Below are positions 19,718-28,112 of a DNA stretch of 32,000 nt, in pieces; position 1 is the first letter of the stretch; the number at the start of each line of letters is the position of its first letter. The position numbers and the translations under genes were made by a program. The stretch is from Desulfobulbus propionicus DSM 2032 (GTDB taxonomy: Bacteria > Desulfobacterota > Desulfobulbia > Desulfobulbales > Desulfobulbaceae), in contig NC_014972.1 in NCBI RefSeq assembly GCF_000186885.1, forward strand, positions 2,880,001 through 2,912,000, in the 5' to 3' direction. The notes below the pieces were generated by a model. It saw nothing but the letters and a program-made list of their open reading frames with translations, had not been told where the DNA came from and ran no database searches.

Positions 19718-21055
19718 TCAGCGCAGGTAGCCCCAGCTCTTCAAGCGGTTGTAGGCATACTGCGCCTCCTTGCCCTGCTTCTGCCGCTGGAGGTAGGTGC
19801 GGTATTTCTGGGCGGCATCGTTTTGCCGGCCCATCTTTTCCAGGGCGTATCCCTGATAGAAGACGATCTGAGCGTTGCCGGGCAGCAGCCGGTCATACTG
19901 GCCGAGCAGCTGATAGGCGTGCTCAAACCGCTTGTTGCCCAACGCGGCCAAACCGGTCACCAGATAGGCCTGCGCCTCCCCGGGGTAGGCGCGTATCGCC
20001 TCCTGGCCGTATTTTTCCGCCGCCGGCCCATTTTTCGTGCCCATCTGAAACTTGGCCATCATCAACAGGGCGGTGTAGTCGCCCGGTCCCTGCTGGATGG
20101 CCTGCTTGAACAGCTGCTCAGCCTGGCCGTACCGTTTCTTGCCGGCCGCTTCGCTGGCCTGTTGCAGCGAGGTCAGCATCGGTTTGAGCCGCCGCACCGA
20201 GGCGGTTTCGTCCATGTACCGCTCGCGGTTGACCGCCTGATTGACCCGATCGCGATAGCTGGTGGCCACTGCTTGCTGCGCGGTGGCAAACCGCTCGTCA
20301 CTCATCGGGTGGGTGGAGAACATCAGGTCCAGGGCGCCGGGTTGGCGCTTGTTAGTCTGCCGCAGCATGTCCATCAAATCCACCATGCCCTGCGGGCTGT
20401 AGCCGGCCGCGGTCATGTACTGCATGCCCAGGGCGTCGGCCTGGCGTTCATGGTCGCGACTGTAGCTGGCCAGAAGCGCGCCGGCTCCCAACCCGCCCAA
20501 TCCCTGCACCAAATCCCCCGTGCCTTCCATCCCGGCCGCGCTCGTCGCCACCGAAACCCCGGCGAGCACCAGGTTGGCCAGCATGCCCTTGCTTGCCTGC
20601 TGGGCGGTGTGGCGGGCGCTGACATGGCCGATCTCGTGGCCAAGCAGGGCGGCAAGCTCCGCCTCGTTCTCCATCTCGGCGAGAATGCCCCGGGTGGCGG
20701 CAATGGAACCGCCGGGAAAAGCATAGGCATTGACATAGGCGGCATTGACCGCGCGAAAGGAAAAGGGTATTTGAGGGCGATGGGAACGGGCCGCCACCTC
20801 CCGGCCCACCCGGCTGATATAGGCGTTGAGCCGGGCATCCGGAACCACGCCGTAATCAGTGGAAAACTGCTGCGGGGACTGCTGCCGGTCGATGCCGAGT
20901 TCCTGGCTTTCCGAGACCATCATCAACTGGCTTTGGCCGGTCACCGGATTGACGGCGCAACCGGCAAGCAGCTGCTGAATCACGGCGGCCGAAACGCCCA
21001 GTCCGGCACAGCGCAGCAACTGGCGACGATGTATCCTTGATTGTTTGTGCTCCAT
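19718..21055 (-). CDS. M48-family zinc metalloprotease with C-terminal TPR repeats (BepA/YfgC-like), probable Tat-type lipoprotein
   Basis: I chose the ATG at 21055 (GGGAGGAG RBS). N-terminus 'MEHKQSRIHRRQLLRCAGLGVSAAVIQQLLAGC' combines a twin-Arg with the lipobox LAGC. Zinc motif 'LLGHEIGHVSARH' (HExxH). TPR-like C-terminus. Confidence 0.85.
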   Translation of the reverse strand: MEHKQSRIHRRQLLRCAGLGVSAAVIQQLLAGCAVNPVTGQSQLMMVSESQELGIDRQQSPQQFSTDYGVVPDARLNAYISRVGREVAARSHRPQIPFSFRAVNAAYVNAYAFPGGSIAATRGILAEMENEAELAALLGHEIGHVSARHTAQQASKGMLANLVLAGVSVATSAAGMEGTGDLVQGLGGLGAGALLASYSRDHERQADALGMQYMTAAGYSPQGMVDLMDMLRQTNKRQPGALDLMFSTHPMSDERFATAQQAVATSYRDRVNQAVNRERYMDETASVRRLKPMLTSLQQASEAAGKKRYGQAEQLFKQAIQQGPGDYTALLMMAKFQMGTKNGPAAEKYGQEAIRAYPGEAQAYLVTGLAALGNKRFEHAYQLLGQYDRLLPGNAQIVFYQGYALEKMGRQNDAAQKYRTYLQRQKQGKEAQYAYNRLKSWGYLR

Positions 21056-21214
21056 ATTCTCCTCCCTGGATAGGATTGATGCCGACACGCCTTGGTGACA
21101 AACTGTGACATATTTGCCCTGGCTTGGCAACACTGCCGTGACCACGAACAGTTGCGTCATCATCCCGATCACACAGAGTTTTTCCCTTTTGACTGCCCTG
21201 CGAACCGTGCACCG

Positions 21215-22048
21215 ATGCAATTGAAAAAAACGCTCCACCGCCGCTTTCCCGACCTCGATCCGGCGCGTCTGCCCGGCGGCTTTGACCGGGTGGGCGATAT
21301 CGCGGTGATCGGCATTCCCCCCGAAGCGGCGGCGCACGAACGCGAGATCGGCGAGATCCTTTTAGAGATGCACCCGACCATCCGGGTGGTGGCCAGGCGC
21401 GACGGCCAATATGGCGGCGAGTTCCGCACCCGGCCGCTGCGGATCCTTGCCGGCGAACAACGGCTGACCACCACCCACCGGGAAAACGGCGTCACCCTTC
21501 ACCTCGACTTGGCCCGCGTCTATTTCTCGGTCCGTTCGGCCCACGAGCGGGCCCGAATCGCCGCCCTGGTCCAACCGGGCGAGCGCGTGGCCGTGCTCTG
21601 TTCGGGCGTCGGCCCCTTTCCCCTGATCATCGGCCGCCACAGTCACGCTGCGGAGGTGATCGGCATCGAGAAAAACCCCGTTGCTCACCAATACGCCGTG
21701 CGCAACCTGACGGCCAACCGCACGAAAGCAACCGTCCGTTTCCTGGAAGGTGACGCGGCCTTGGTCCTGCCTGGTCTCCAGCGACGGTTCGACCGCATGC
21801 TCATCGTCCTGCCCCACGGCGGCGAAGCGTTGCTGCCCTGCGCCCTCGATGCCCTGAAAGCGGACGGCTCGCTCCACTTCTACGACATGGGGGCCAAGGA
21901 CGGCCACGCGGCCACCATGGCCAAGGTGGAAACCGTCTGCCGGCAGCACAACCGCTGCCCGCGGCCCCGCCGGGTGGTGACCTGCGGTCACTGTGGCCCG
22001 GCAACCTTCCGTTTCTGCCTGGATGCGGTCATCGATGCCACGGTGTGA
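21215..22048 (+). CDS. Class I SAM-dependent methyltransferase of the Met-10+/Trm5/Tyw2 type
   Basis: ATG at 21215. 'LPGGFDRVGDIAVIGIPPE' N-terminal module, SAM-binding loop 'VAVLCSGVGPFPLIIG', 'GIEKNPVAHQYAVRN' and 'DRMLIVLPHGGEALL' resemble Trm5-family motifs. The upstream TTG at 21092 was rejected because it would overlap the divergent promoter region. Confidence 0.7.
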   Translation: MQLKKTLHRRFPDLDPARLPGGFDRVGDIAVIGIPPEAAAHEREIGEILLEMHPTIRVVARRDGQYGGEFRTRPLRILAGEQRLTTTHRENGVTLHLDLARVYFSVRSAHERARIAALVQPGERVAVLCSGVGPFPLIIGRHSHAAEVIGIEKNPVAHQYAVRNLTANRTKATVRFLEGDAALVLPGLQRRFDRMLIVLPHGGEALLPCALDALKADGSLHFYDMGAKDGHAATMAKVETVCRQHNRCPRPRRVVTCGHCGPATFRFCLDAVIDATV

Positions 22049-22175
22049 GAGCCCGGTGTCGTTTCCACCCCTTCGCGATGATTGCGGTTCCTGAACAGCT
22101 GTGCTATCTTCACCCTCCTCTCATCGCACAACGGCCTGCCGTTCCCTCTTTTGTCGCCCGCAAGGAGAAAACTCC

Positions 22176-22751
22176 ATGGATCCCAAAGATTATATCAAGA
22201 AACAGCGGTTCTATCTCTATGTGGTCGCAGCCCTGATCATCGGTTTTCTCGGCGGCGCGATCTTTGCCGTGTACCGCCTGCCCCAGGTCAATGAGCCGTC
22301 GACCGCATCCCGCCAGCAGGAGGCGGCCGAGGCCATCGCCTCGATGGAAAAGGCGGTCCAGCAAAAACCGGACGACGGTCATGCCTGGGTGGAACTGGGC
22401 CACGCTTATTTCGATACCGGCCAGGCGCCCAAGGCGATTCAGGCGTACACCAAGGCCCTGGAACTGCTGCCCGGCGATCTCAACGTCATGACCGATCTGG
22501 GGGTGATGTATCACCAGGACAACCAGCATCAGAAGGCCATCGACCTGTTCGATCAGGTGCTCAAGAGCAACCCCAAGCATGAGCAGGCCCGGTTCAACAA
22601 GGGCGTGGTGCTGCTCACAGGCCTCAACGACCGCAAGGGCGCCTTGGCCGAATGGAAGACGCTTGTCCAGCACCACCCCATGGCGGCGGCCCCATCGGGA
22701 AAAATGGTGGGCGACCTGATCGACCAGCTGGAAAAGGAAGAGGGCAAATAG
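22176..22751 (+). CDS. Membrane-anchored TPR-repeat protein
   Basis: AAGGAGAAAA RBS before the ATG at 22176. One TM ('FYLYVVAALIIGFLGGAIFAVY') followed by TPR-like repeats ('AWVELGHAYFDTGQAPKAIQAYTKALELLPGD...'). Confidence 0.7.
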   Translation: MDPKDYIKKQRFYLYVVAALIIGFLGGAIFAVYRLPQVNEPSTASRQQEAAEAIASMEKAVQQKPDDGHAWVELGHAYFDTGQAPKAIQAYTKALELLPGDLNVMTDLGVMYHQDNQHQKAIDLFDQVLKSNPKHEQARFNKGVVLLTGLNDRKGALAEWKTLVQHHPMAAAPSGKMVGDLIDQLEKEEGK

Positions 22752-22840
22752 GGTCGACAAGCACCATCCCGCTCGCCTCGGCATCAATTGTCCTGATCAA
22801 GACCATCGCTGCAATTGACCGCATGCACCGGGGTTCCCGC

Positions 22841-22869
22841 TTGACAGCTTATTTTAGCCCCACTATATT
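22841..22869 (+). promoter_or_regulatory. Near-consensus sigma-70 promoter for the ilvBN operon
   Basis: TTGACA (22841-22846), a 17-nt spacer, then TATATT (22864-22869). The predicted TSS is near 22876-22878, about 200 nt upstream of the ilvB ATG. Confidence 0.65.
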
Positions 22870-22905
22870 TTTAACTCTTTGACAAATATCCAGGGGGGAG
22901 TGCAC

Positions 22906-23085
22906 ATGGAACGCCAAGGCTTCCAGGTGCGTGGAGAAAACAACGGCGCCATGACACCCCAGACCCGGTGCCGCCTTTTCTCCTCTTCCGACCTGCCGGT
23001 CCACAACCCGGCACCAGAAATCCCCAGCCACATCAACGTATCCCGGATGGAACCGCACACCAACAAAGGACTACTGTATGAGTAA
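22906..23085 (+). CDS. Candidate 59-codon leader ORF overlapping the ilvB start codon
   Basis: GGGGGGAG (22893-22900) lies 5 nt upstream of the ATG at 22906, which is about 30 nt downstream of the predicted TSS. By my count 42 of 59 third codon positions are G/C. The stop TAA at 23083-23085 overlaps the ilvB ATG (23078) by 8 nt. No homology recognised and the peptide is not rich in branched-chain residues. Confidence 0.3.
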   Translation: MERQGFQVRGENNGAMTPQTRCRLFSSSDLPVHNPAPEIPSHINVSRMEPHTNKGLLYE

Positions 23086-24778
23086 AATCAAAGGTTCGCA
23101 GGCCATTATCAAATGTCTGCAGGAAGAAGGCGTGGAACTTCTGTTTGGGTACCCAGGCGGCGCCGTTATTGAGCTGTACGACGAGTTGTGCAAGAGTCCC
23201 ATCCGCCATGTTCTGGTCCGCCACGAACAGGGTGCGGTTCATGCGGCCGACGGCTTTGCCCGCGCCACCGGCAAGGTCGGAGTGGCGCTGCTGACCTCCG
23301 GTCCCGGCGCCACCAACGGTGTCACCGCCATTGCCACCGCCTACTGCGATTCCATTCCCCTGGTGGTGCTCACCGGCCAGGTACCCCGGGCCCTGATTGG
23401 CAACGATGCCTTCCAGGAGGTGGACATCGTCGGTATCACCCGTCCCTGCACCAAGCACAACTACCTGGTCAACGATCCGGACGATCTGGTGCCGGTGTTG
23501 CGCGAGGCCTTCTACCTCGCGGCTTCCGGCCGGCCCGGGCCGGTGCTGGTCGACCTGCCCAAGGACATCATCGGTTCGCAGATCGCCTATCCGCCGAAAA
23601 AACCGATCAAGATGCAGACGTATCAGCCCAACGTCAATCCACATCCCAACCAGGTGGAAAAGGCCTGCCGGGCTTGCCTCAAGGCAAAGAGGCCGGTGCT
23701 CTATGTCGGCGGCGGCGTCATTCTCTCCGGCGGCAACCAGGAACTGACCCACCTGGCCCGTCGGCTCAACATCCCGGTCACCATGACCCTGATGGGCTTG
23801 GGCGGCTTTCCGGGCACCGATCCGCTCTCGCTGGGCATGCTCGGCATGCACGGCAGCTACGCGGCCAACATGTCGGTGGCCAAAAGCGATCTGCTAATCG
23901 CCGTGGGCGCCCGTTTCGATGACCGGGTCACCGGCCGGCTCGACGCCTTCGCGCCCCAGGCCAAAATCATCCACATCGATATCGACCCCACCTCGATCAG
24001 CAAGAATGTCGAGGTCGACATTCCGATTGTCGCCGACTGCAAGCTGGCCCTGGCGGCTATGAACGGCTGGCTGGACAAATCGAGCGAATTCAATGCCCAG
24101 GAGGTGGTCGAGCTGCATCAGCCCTGGGTCGAACAGGTCAAGGAGTGGGACGCCAAGCACCCGCTGGCCTACATGGCCGAGGGCGAGGTCATCAAGCCGC
24201 AGTATGTGATCGAGACCCTGCACAACCTGACCGGCGGCGAGGCGATCATCACCACCGAAGTCGGCCAGAACCAGATGTGGGCCGCGCAATTCTACAAGTT
24301 CAACCACCCGCGTCGGCTGCTGACCTCCGGCGGGCTGGGCACCATGGGCTACGGCCTGCCGGCCGCCATCGGCGCCCAGATGGCCTTTCCCGAGGCGACG
24401 GTCATCGACGTGGCCGGCGACGGTTCCATCCAGATGAATATCCAGGAGCTGGCCACGGCCAGGGAGTGCGGCGCGCCGGTCAAGATCGCCATCCTCAACA
24501 ACAACTACCTCGGCATGGTTCGCCAATGGCAGGAGCTGTTCTACAACCGCCATTACGCATCGACGGTCATGGAAGTCACCCCGGATTTCGTCGCCCTGGC
24601 GCAGGCCTACGGCGCGGTCGGCCTGCGGGCCAAGACCAAGGCCGAGGTCGAACCGGTGATCAAGGAAGCCCTGGCCACCAAGAATGTGGTGATCATGGAC
24701 TTCGCCATCAGCCGCGAGGAAGGCGTGTTCCCGATGGTGCCGGCCGGCAAGGCCACCACCGAGATGCTCCTGGTCTGA
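23078..24778 (+). CDS. ilvB: Acetolactate synthase (acetohydroxyacid synthase) large catalytic subunit
   Basis: 566 aa. 'GSQAIIKCLQEEGVELLFGYPGGAVIELYDEL', 'RHEQGAVHAADGFARATGKVGVALLTSGPGATN' and the ThDP motif 'GLGTMGYGLPAAIGAQ...GDGSIQMNIQEL...NNNYLGMVRQWQ'. Confidence 0.97.
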   Translation: MSKIKGSQAIIKCLQEEGVELLFGYPGGAVIELYDELCKSPIRHVLVRHEQGAVHAADGFARATGKVGVALLTSGPGATNGVTAIATAYCDSIPLVVLTGQVPRALIGNDAFQEVDIVGITRPCTKHNYLVNDPDDLVPVLREAFYLAASGRPGPVLVDLPKDIIGSQIAYPPKKPIKMQTYQPNVNPHPNQVEKACRACLKAKRPVLYVGGGVILSGGNQELTHLARRLNIPVTMTLMGLGGFPGTDPLSLGMLGMHGSYAANMSVAKSDLLIAVGARFDDRVTGRLDAFAPQAKIIHIDIDPTSISKNVEVDIPIVADCKLALAAMNGWLDKSSEFNAQEVVELHQPWVEQVKEWDAKHPLAYMAEGEVIKPQYVIETLHNLTGGEAIITTEVGQNQMWAAQFYKFNHPRRLLTSGGLGTMGYGLPAAIGAQMAFPEATVIDVAGDGSIQMNIQELATARECGAPVKIAILNNNYLGMVRQWQELFYNRHYASTVMEVTPDFVALAQAYGAVGLRAKTKAEVEPVIKEALATKNVVIMDFAISREEGVFPMVPAGKATTEMLLV

Positions 24779-24855
24779 GAACCGGGCCAAAAGACATGTG
24801 ACCGGCCCCAGCCGGCCGAACTGAACCGAGATTATCGTCGAACAGGACAACGACC

Positions 24856-25338
24856 ATGAAACATACCCTGAGTGTCTTACTGCGCAACCGCCCCGGCGCC
24901 CTTTCCCGGGTCACCGGCCTCTTCAGCGGCCGTTGCTTCAACATCGAGAGCCTGTGCGTGGCCGAAACCTACGACCCGCAGGTTTCCTGCCTGACCGTGG
25001 TCACCAGCGGCGAGGCGGCCATCATCGAGCAAATCACCAAACAATTGCACAAGCTGATCGACGTGATCAAGGTCAACGATGTCAGCGAGGGTGAATTCGT
25101 CGAGCGGGAAATGGCCCTGATCCGGGTCAAGGCCGAGGCCAGCACCCGGGCGGAGGTGCTGCGGATCATCGACATCTTTCGCGGCAAGGTGGTCGACGTC
25201 AGCCCCAATTCCTATGCCCTGGAAATCACCGGCTCCGAATCCAAGATCAAGGCGGTGATCGACATCTTGCGGCCGCTGGGCATCAAGGAGATCGTGCGCA
25301 CCGGCAAGATCGCCATGATGCGCGCTCCCAAAAAATAA
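24856..25338 (+). CDS. ilvN: Acetolactate synthase small regulatory subunit (ACT domain)
   Basis: 160 aa. 'HTLSVLLRNRPGALSRVTGLFSGRCFNIESL', typical of IlvN/IlvH. Directly downstream of ilvB. Confidence 0.95.
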   Translation: MKHTLSVLLRNRPGALSRVTGLFSGRCFNIESLCVAETYDPQVSCLTVVTSGEAAIIEQITKQLHKLIDVIKVNDVSEGEFVEREMALIRVKAEASTRAEVLRIIDIFRGKVVDVSPNSYALEITGSESKIKAVIDILRPLGIKEIVRTGKIAMMRAPKK

Positions 25339-25390
25339 CCGCCGCTCCCGGCGGTGCAGCCTAAGCCGACAACCCTTTCCCTGGAATCCC

Positions 25391-26062
25391 ATGCAGAAAA
25401 CCGAACTTCCCCTGGCCGTTGAAGGGTTTCCCTTCATCCTGTTCAGCGGCTTTGCCACCCTGATCCTTGCCCTGCTCGACCTGCCCCTTCCAGCCCTTGT
25501 TGGCCTGCTGCTCACCGCCTTTGTCACCTACTTTTTCCGCGATCCCGTCAGGGTCCTGCCCGAGGAGGCACATGCCGTCATCTGCCCGGCGGACGGCAAG
25601 GTCATCGTGGTCGACGAGATCGACGACGACCGCTTTCTCCATGCCCGGGTGCGGAAAATTTCGATTTTCATGAATGTGTTCAACCCCCATGTCAACCGCT
25701 TTCCCCTGGCGGGCACCGTGGAAAGGGTGTTGTTGTCGCCCGGACGTTTTTATGCCGCCGACAACGACAAGGCGACCCTGCACAACGAATACTGCGCCCT
25801 GACCCTGACCACTCCAGACCAACAGCGCTACACGGTGGTGCAGATCGCCGGACTGATCGCGCGCCGCATTGTCTGCCGCGCGGAAAAGGGCGATCAGGTC
25901 AGCGCCGGCGAGCGCTTTGGCATGATCCGCTTCGGCTCGCGGGTCGATCTCTACCTGCCGCTCTCCACCCGCATAACAGTGGCGCTCGGTGAAAAGGTTC
26001 GAGCGGGCGAGACCGTGCTCGGCTACCTGGAACCGGCCCACGCGGAAGAACCTGTTGCCTAA
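25391..26062 (+). CDS. psd: Phosphatidylserine decarboxylase proenzyme (short, membrane-anchored type)
   Basis: 223 aa. Two N-terminal TM helices. 'VICPADGKV', 'FMNVFNPHVNR' and the self-cleavage-site region 'GMIRFGSRVDLYLP' (G-S). Confidence 0.9.
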   Translation: MQKTELPLAVEGFPFILFSGFATLILALLDLPLPALVGLLLTAFVTYFFRDPVRVLPEEAHAVICPADGKVIVVDEIDDDRFLHARVRKISIFMNVFNPHVNRFPLAGTVERVLLSPGRFYAADNDKATLHNEYCALTLTTPDQQRYTVVQIAGLIARRIVCRAEKGDQVSAGERFGMIRFGSRVDLYLPLSTRITVALGEKVRAGETVLGYLEPAHAEEPVA

Positions 26063-26169
26063 CTCCCCATTTCATCGTATTCTGTATACACAAAACCCTG
26101 GCGCCACAAGTGGACCAGCCTGTGCCCATCGATTCTTTCAAGCGCTGGCGATCAGGCCGTGACTAATCC

Positions 26170-26191
26170 GCGCCGCTTTGCGGCGCTTTTT
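26170..26191 (+). terminator. Canonical intrinsic terminator hairpin in the psd-pssA spacer
   Basis: 'gcgccgc ttt gcggcgc' is a perfect 7-bp G/C stem (26170-26176 / 26180-26186) followed by T5 (26187-26191). It ends 15 nt before the pssA ATG at 26207. Confidence 0.7.
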
Positions 26192-26206
26192 CCCCTCGCA
26201 CTGACC

Positions 26207-26965
26207 ATGGAAAGCACTCAGCCCACCAACCGTTTGTACATCGTTCCCTGCATGCTGACCATCTGCAGTCTGTTCAGCGGCTTTTACTCGATCGTTTCCT
26301 CGATCAACGGCCATTTCTTTGCCGCCGCCGTGGCCATCATGGTGGCCGCTGTCTTTGACGGCTTGGACGGCAGGGTGGCGCGTATGACCGGGTCCACCTC
26401 CACCTTCGGCATGGAACTGGATTCGTTGTGCGACATGGTGGCCTTTGGCGTGGCCCCCGGCGTGCTCGCCTATCTCTGGGCCCTCACCCCCTACGGCCGC
26501 TACGGCTGGCTGGCGGCCTTTCTCTACGTCGCCGCCACCGCCCTGCGCCTGGCCCGCTTCAACTCGCAAAGCGTGACCAACGCGGGCCACCATGACTTCA
26601 CCGGCCTGCCCTGCCCGGCAGCGGCGGGGATGATTGCCACCTCGGTGATGTTCAGCACCCATGTGTTCAAAACCACGGACACGGTGCAGAACATCCTGTT
26701 GCTGTTGTTGGTGTATCTGCTCTCCTACCTGATGGTTTCCACCCACCGGTACCTGAGCTTCAAACACATGGACATTCCCAAGGAGAAACGGTTTCAGCTG
26801 TTCATCGGCCTGATCCTGCTGCTCATTCTCCTGGCCAGCGAACCGCCCATCACCCTGTTCATCGCCTCGCTGCTTTACATCTTTTCCGGTATTTTCATGG
26901 CGATCAGGGCGCGCCTGCGGCGTAAAAAACCGGAAGCGGTCCCCCAGGAAAAGCTACCGCTGTAA
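26207..26965 (+). CDS. pssA: CDP-diacylglycerol--serine O-phosphatidyltransferase
   Basis: CDP-alcohol phosphatidyltransferase motif 'DGLDGRVARMTGSTSTFGMELDSLCD'. Multiple TM helices. I preferred the ATG at 26207 ('MESTQPTNRLYIVPCMLT') over the GTG at 26159, which would place the terminator hairpin inside the coding sequence. The start remains uncertain. Confidence 0.88.
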   Translation: MESTQPTNRLYIVPCMLTICSLFSGFYSIVSSINGHFFAAAVAIMVAAVFDGLDGRVARMTGSTSTFGMELDSLCDMVAFGVAPGVLAYLWALTPYGRYGWLAAFLYVAATALRLARFNSQSVTNAGHHDFTGLPCPAAAGMIATSVMFSTHVFKTTDTVQNILLLLLVYLLSYLMVSTHRYLSFKHMDIPKEKRFQLFIGLILLLILLASEPPITLFIASLLYIFSGIFMAIRARLRRKKPEAVPQEKLPL

Positions 26966-27001
26966 CTCCGCGCTCCCATCACCCATTTTTGGTTGTCCGT
27001 T

Positions 27002-27589
27002 GTGCGCATCACCGGCGGCAGCGCCAGGGGGCGCAAACTCCTCACCCCCCGATCCGACCGTATCCGACCGACCTGCGACCGGGTTCGCGAGGCTCTGTTC
27101 AACATCCTCGGCTCGCGGATCAAGGGAGCCCGGGTTCTTGATCTCTTTGCCGGCACCGGCGCCATCGGCACCGAGGCCCTGAGCCGGGGGGCGGTGTTCG
27201 CCCTCTTTGTCGACCGGTCCCTGGAGGCAGGCCGTCTGATCGAAGCCAATCTCCGTGCCTGTCTTTCCCATCCCCGCGCAGCCTTTCTCCAGCTGGATCT
27301 GGCCGAATCCACTTCCCTGCATCTGCTGCCGGCCCGGATGAAGCAGCCCGTTGAACGCTTTGACCTGGTGTTCATGGACCCGCCCTACCAAAAAAATCTG
27401 GCCCACCGGGCACTGACAATGGTAGAACCAGCAGACATCCTGGCAGCCGGCGGTCTGGTGGTGGTGGAAGAGCACCACCGCGTTTCCCTGCCTGAAACCG
27501 TCGGCACCCTGGTTCTTGACGATCACCGCCGCTATGGAGAAACCGGTCTCTGGCTGTACCAGCGGCATAGAGACGCATCCCATGAATGA
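27002..27589 (+). CDS. rsmD: 16S rRNA (guanine966-N2)-methyltransferase
   Basis: '(M)RITGGSARGRKLLTP...RPTCDRVREALFNIL', SAM loop 'VLDLFAGTGAIGTEALSRGA' and 'FDLVFMDPPY'. The start is either the GTG at 27002 or the TTG at 26993. Confidence 0.9.
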   Translation: MRITGGSARGRKLLTPRSDRIRPTCDRVREALFNILGSRIKGARVLDLFAGTGAIGTEALSRGAVFALFVDRSLEAGRLIEANLRACLSHPRAAFLQLDLAESTSLHLLPARMKQPVERFDLVFMDPPYQKNLAHRALTMVEPADILAAGGLVVVEEHHRVSLPETVGTLVLDDHRRYGETGLWLYQRHRDASHE

Positions 27590-28112
27590 AGCCTGCACCC
27601 CACCCCATGACCGCGAACGGAGCGGAGCATTCCGCACAGCCGTCTATCCCGGAACCTTTGACCCGATCACCAACGGCCACATTGATATCATCGAGCGCGG
27701 CCTGCATCTCTTTGACCGGATCATCGTCACCGTGGCCGTCAACGTGCAAAAAACCCCGCTGTTCACCCTCGAAGAGCGCTGCGCCATGATCCGCGAATGC
27801 TTCAAGCACGCCGGGACCCAGGTGGAGGTCGGCTTCACCGACGGCCTGATCGTCGATTACGCCTTGCGCCACAACGCCCGCACCATCATCCGCGGCCTGC
27901 GGGCCATCTCTGACTTTGACTACGAATTTCAGCTGGCGCTGATGAACCGGCGGCTGGAGCGCTCGGTGGAAACGGTCTTTCTCATGACCGGATTCCGCTG
28001 GATTTACATCAGCTCCAGCGGCATCAAGAACGCGGCCCGCTGCCATGGCAACGTCAGCGGATTGGTACCCGAGCATGTCGAACGGGCCCTGCAGGAAAAA
28101 TTTGCCCGATGA
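27582..28112 (+). CDS. coaD: Phosphopantetheine adenylyltransferase
   Basis: 'AVYPGTFDPITNGHIDIIERG', '...RGLRAISDFDYEFQLALMNR' and 'ISSSGIKN'. The ATG at 27582 overlaps the rsmD stop (27587-27589) by 8 nt. Confidence 0.95.
   Translation: MNEACTPPHDRERSGAFRTAVYPGTFDPITNGHIDIIERGLHLFDRIIVTVAVNVQKTPLFTLEERCAMIRECFKHAGTQVEVGFTDGLIVDYALRHNARTIIRGLRAISDFDYEFQLALMNRRLERSVETVFLMTGFRWIYISSSGIKNAARCHGNVSGLVPEHVERALQEKFAR

Noticed and set aside
19601-21040. 479-aa plus-strand ORF antisense to the M48 protease
   Set aside because: Shadow ORF. The HExxH motif, TPR repeats, RBS and lipoprotein signal are all on the minus strand.
22870-23077. T-box riboswitch or classical Val/Leu/Ile leader-peptide attenuator upstream of ilvB
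   Set aside because: I could not find the conserved T-box sequence (…GGGTGGTACCGCG-like) or stem I elements. The leader ORF has no run of branched-chain codons. Only a weak hairpin plus pyrimidine tract is present.
26159-26206. GTG at 26159 as the pssA start (the tracked 268-aa ORF)
   Set aside because: It would place a perfect terminator hairpin plus T5 inside the coding sequence and add an atypically long N-terminal extension. The ATG at 26207 gives a typical PssA N-terminus. It is not fully excluded.
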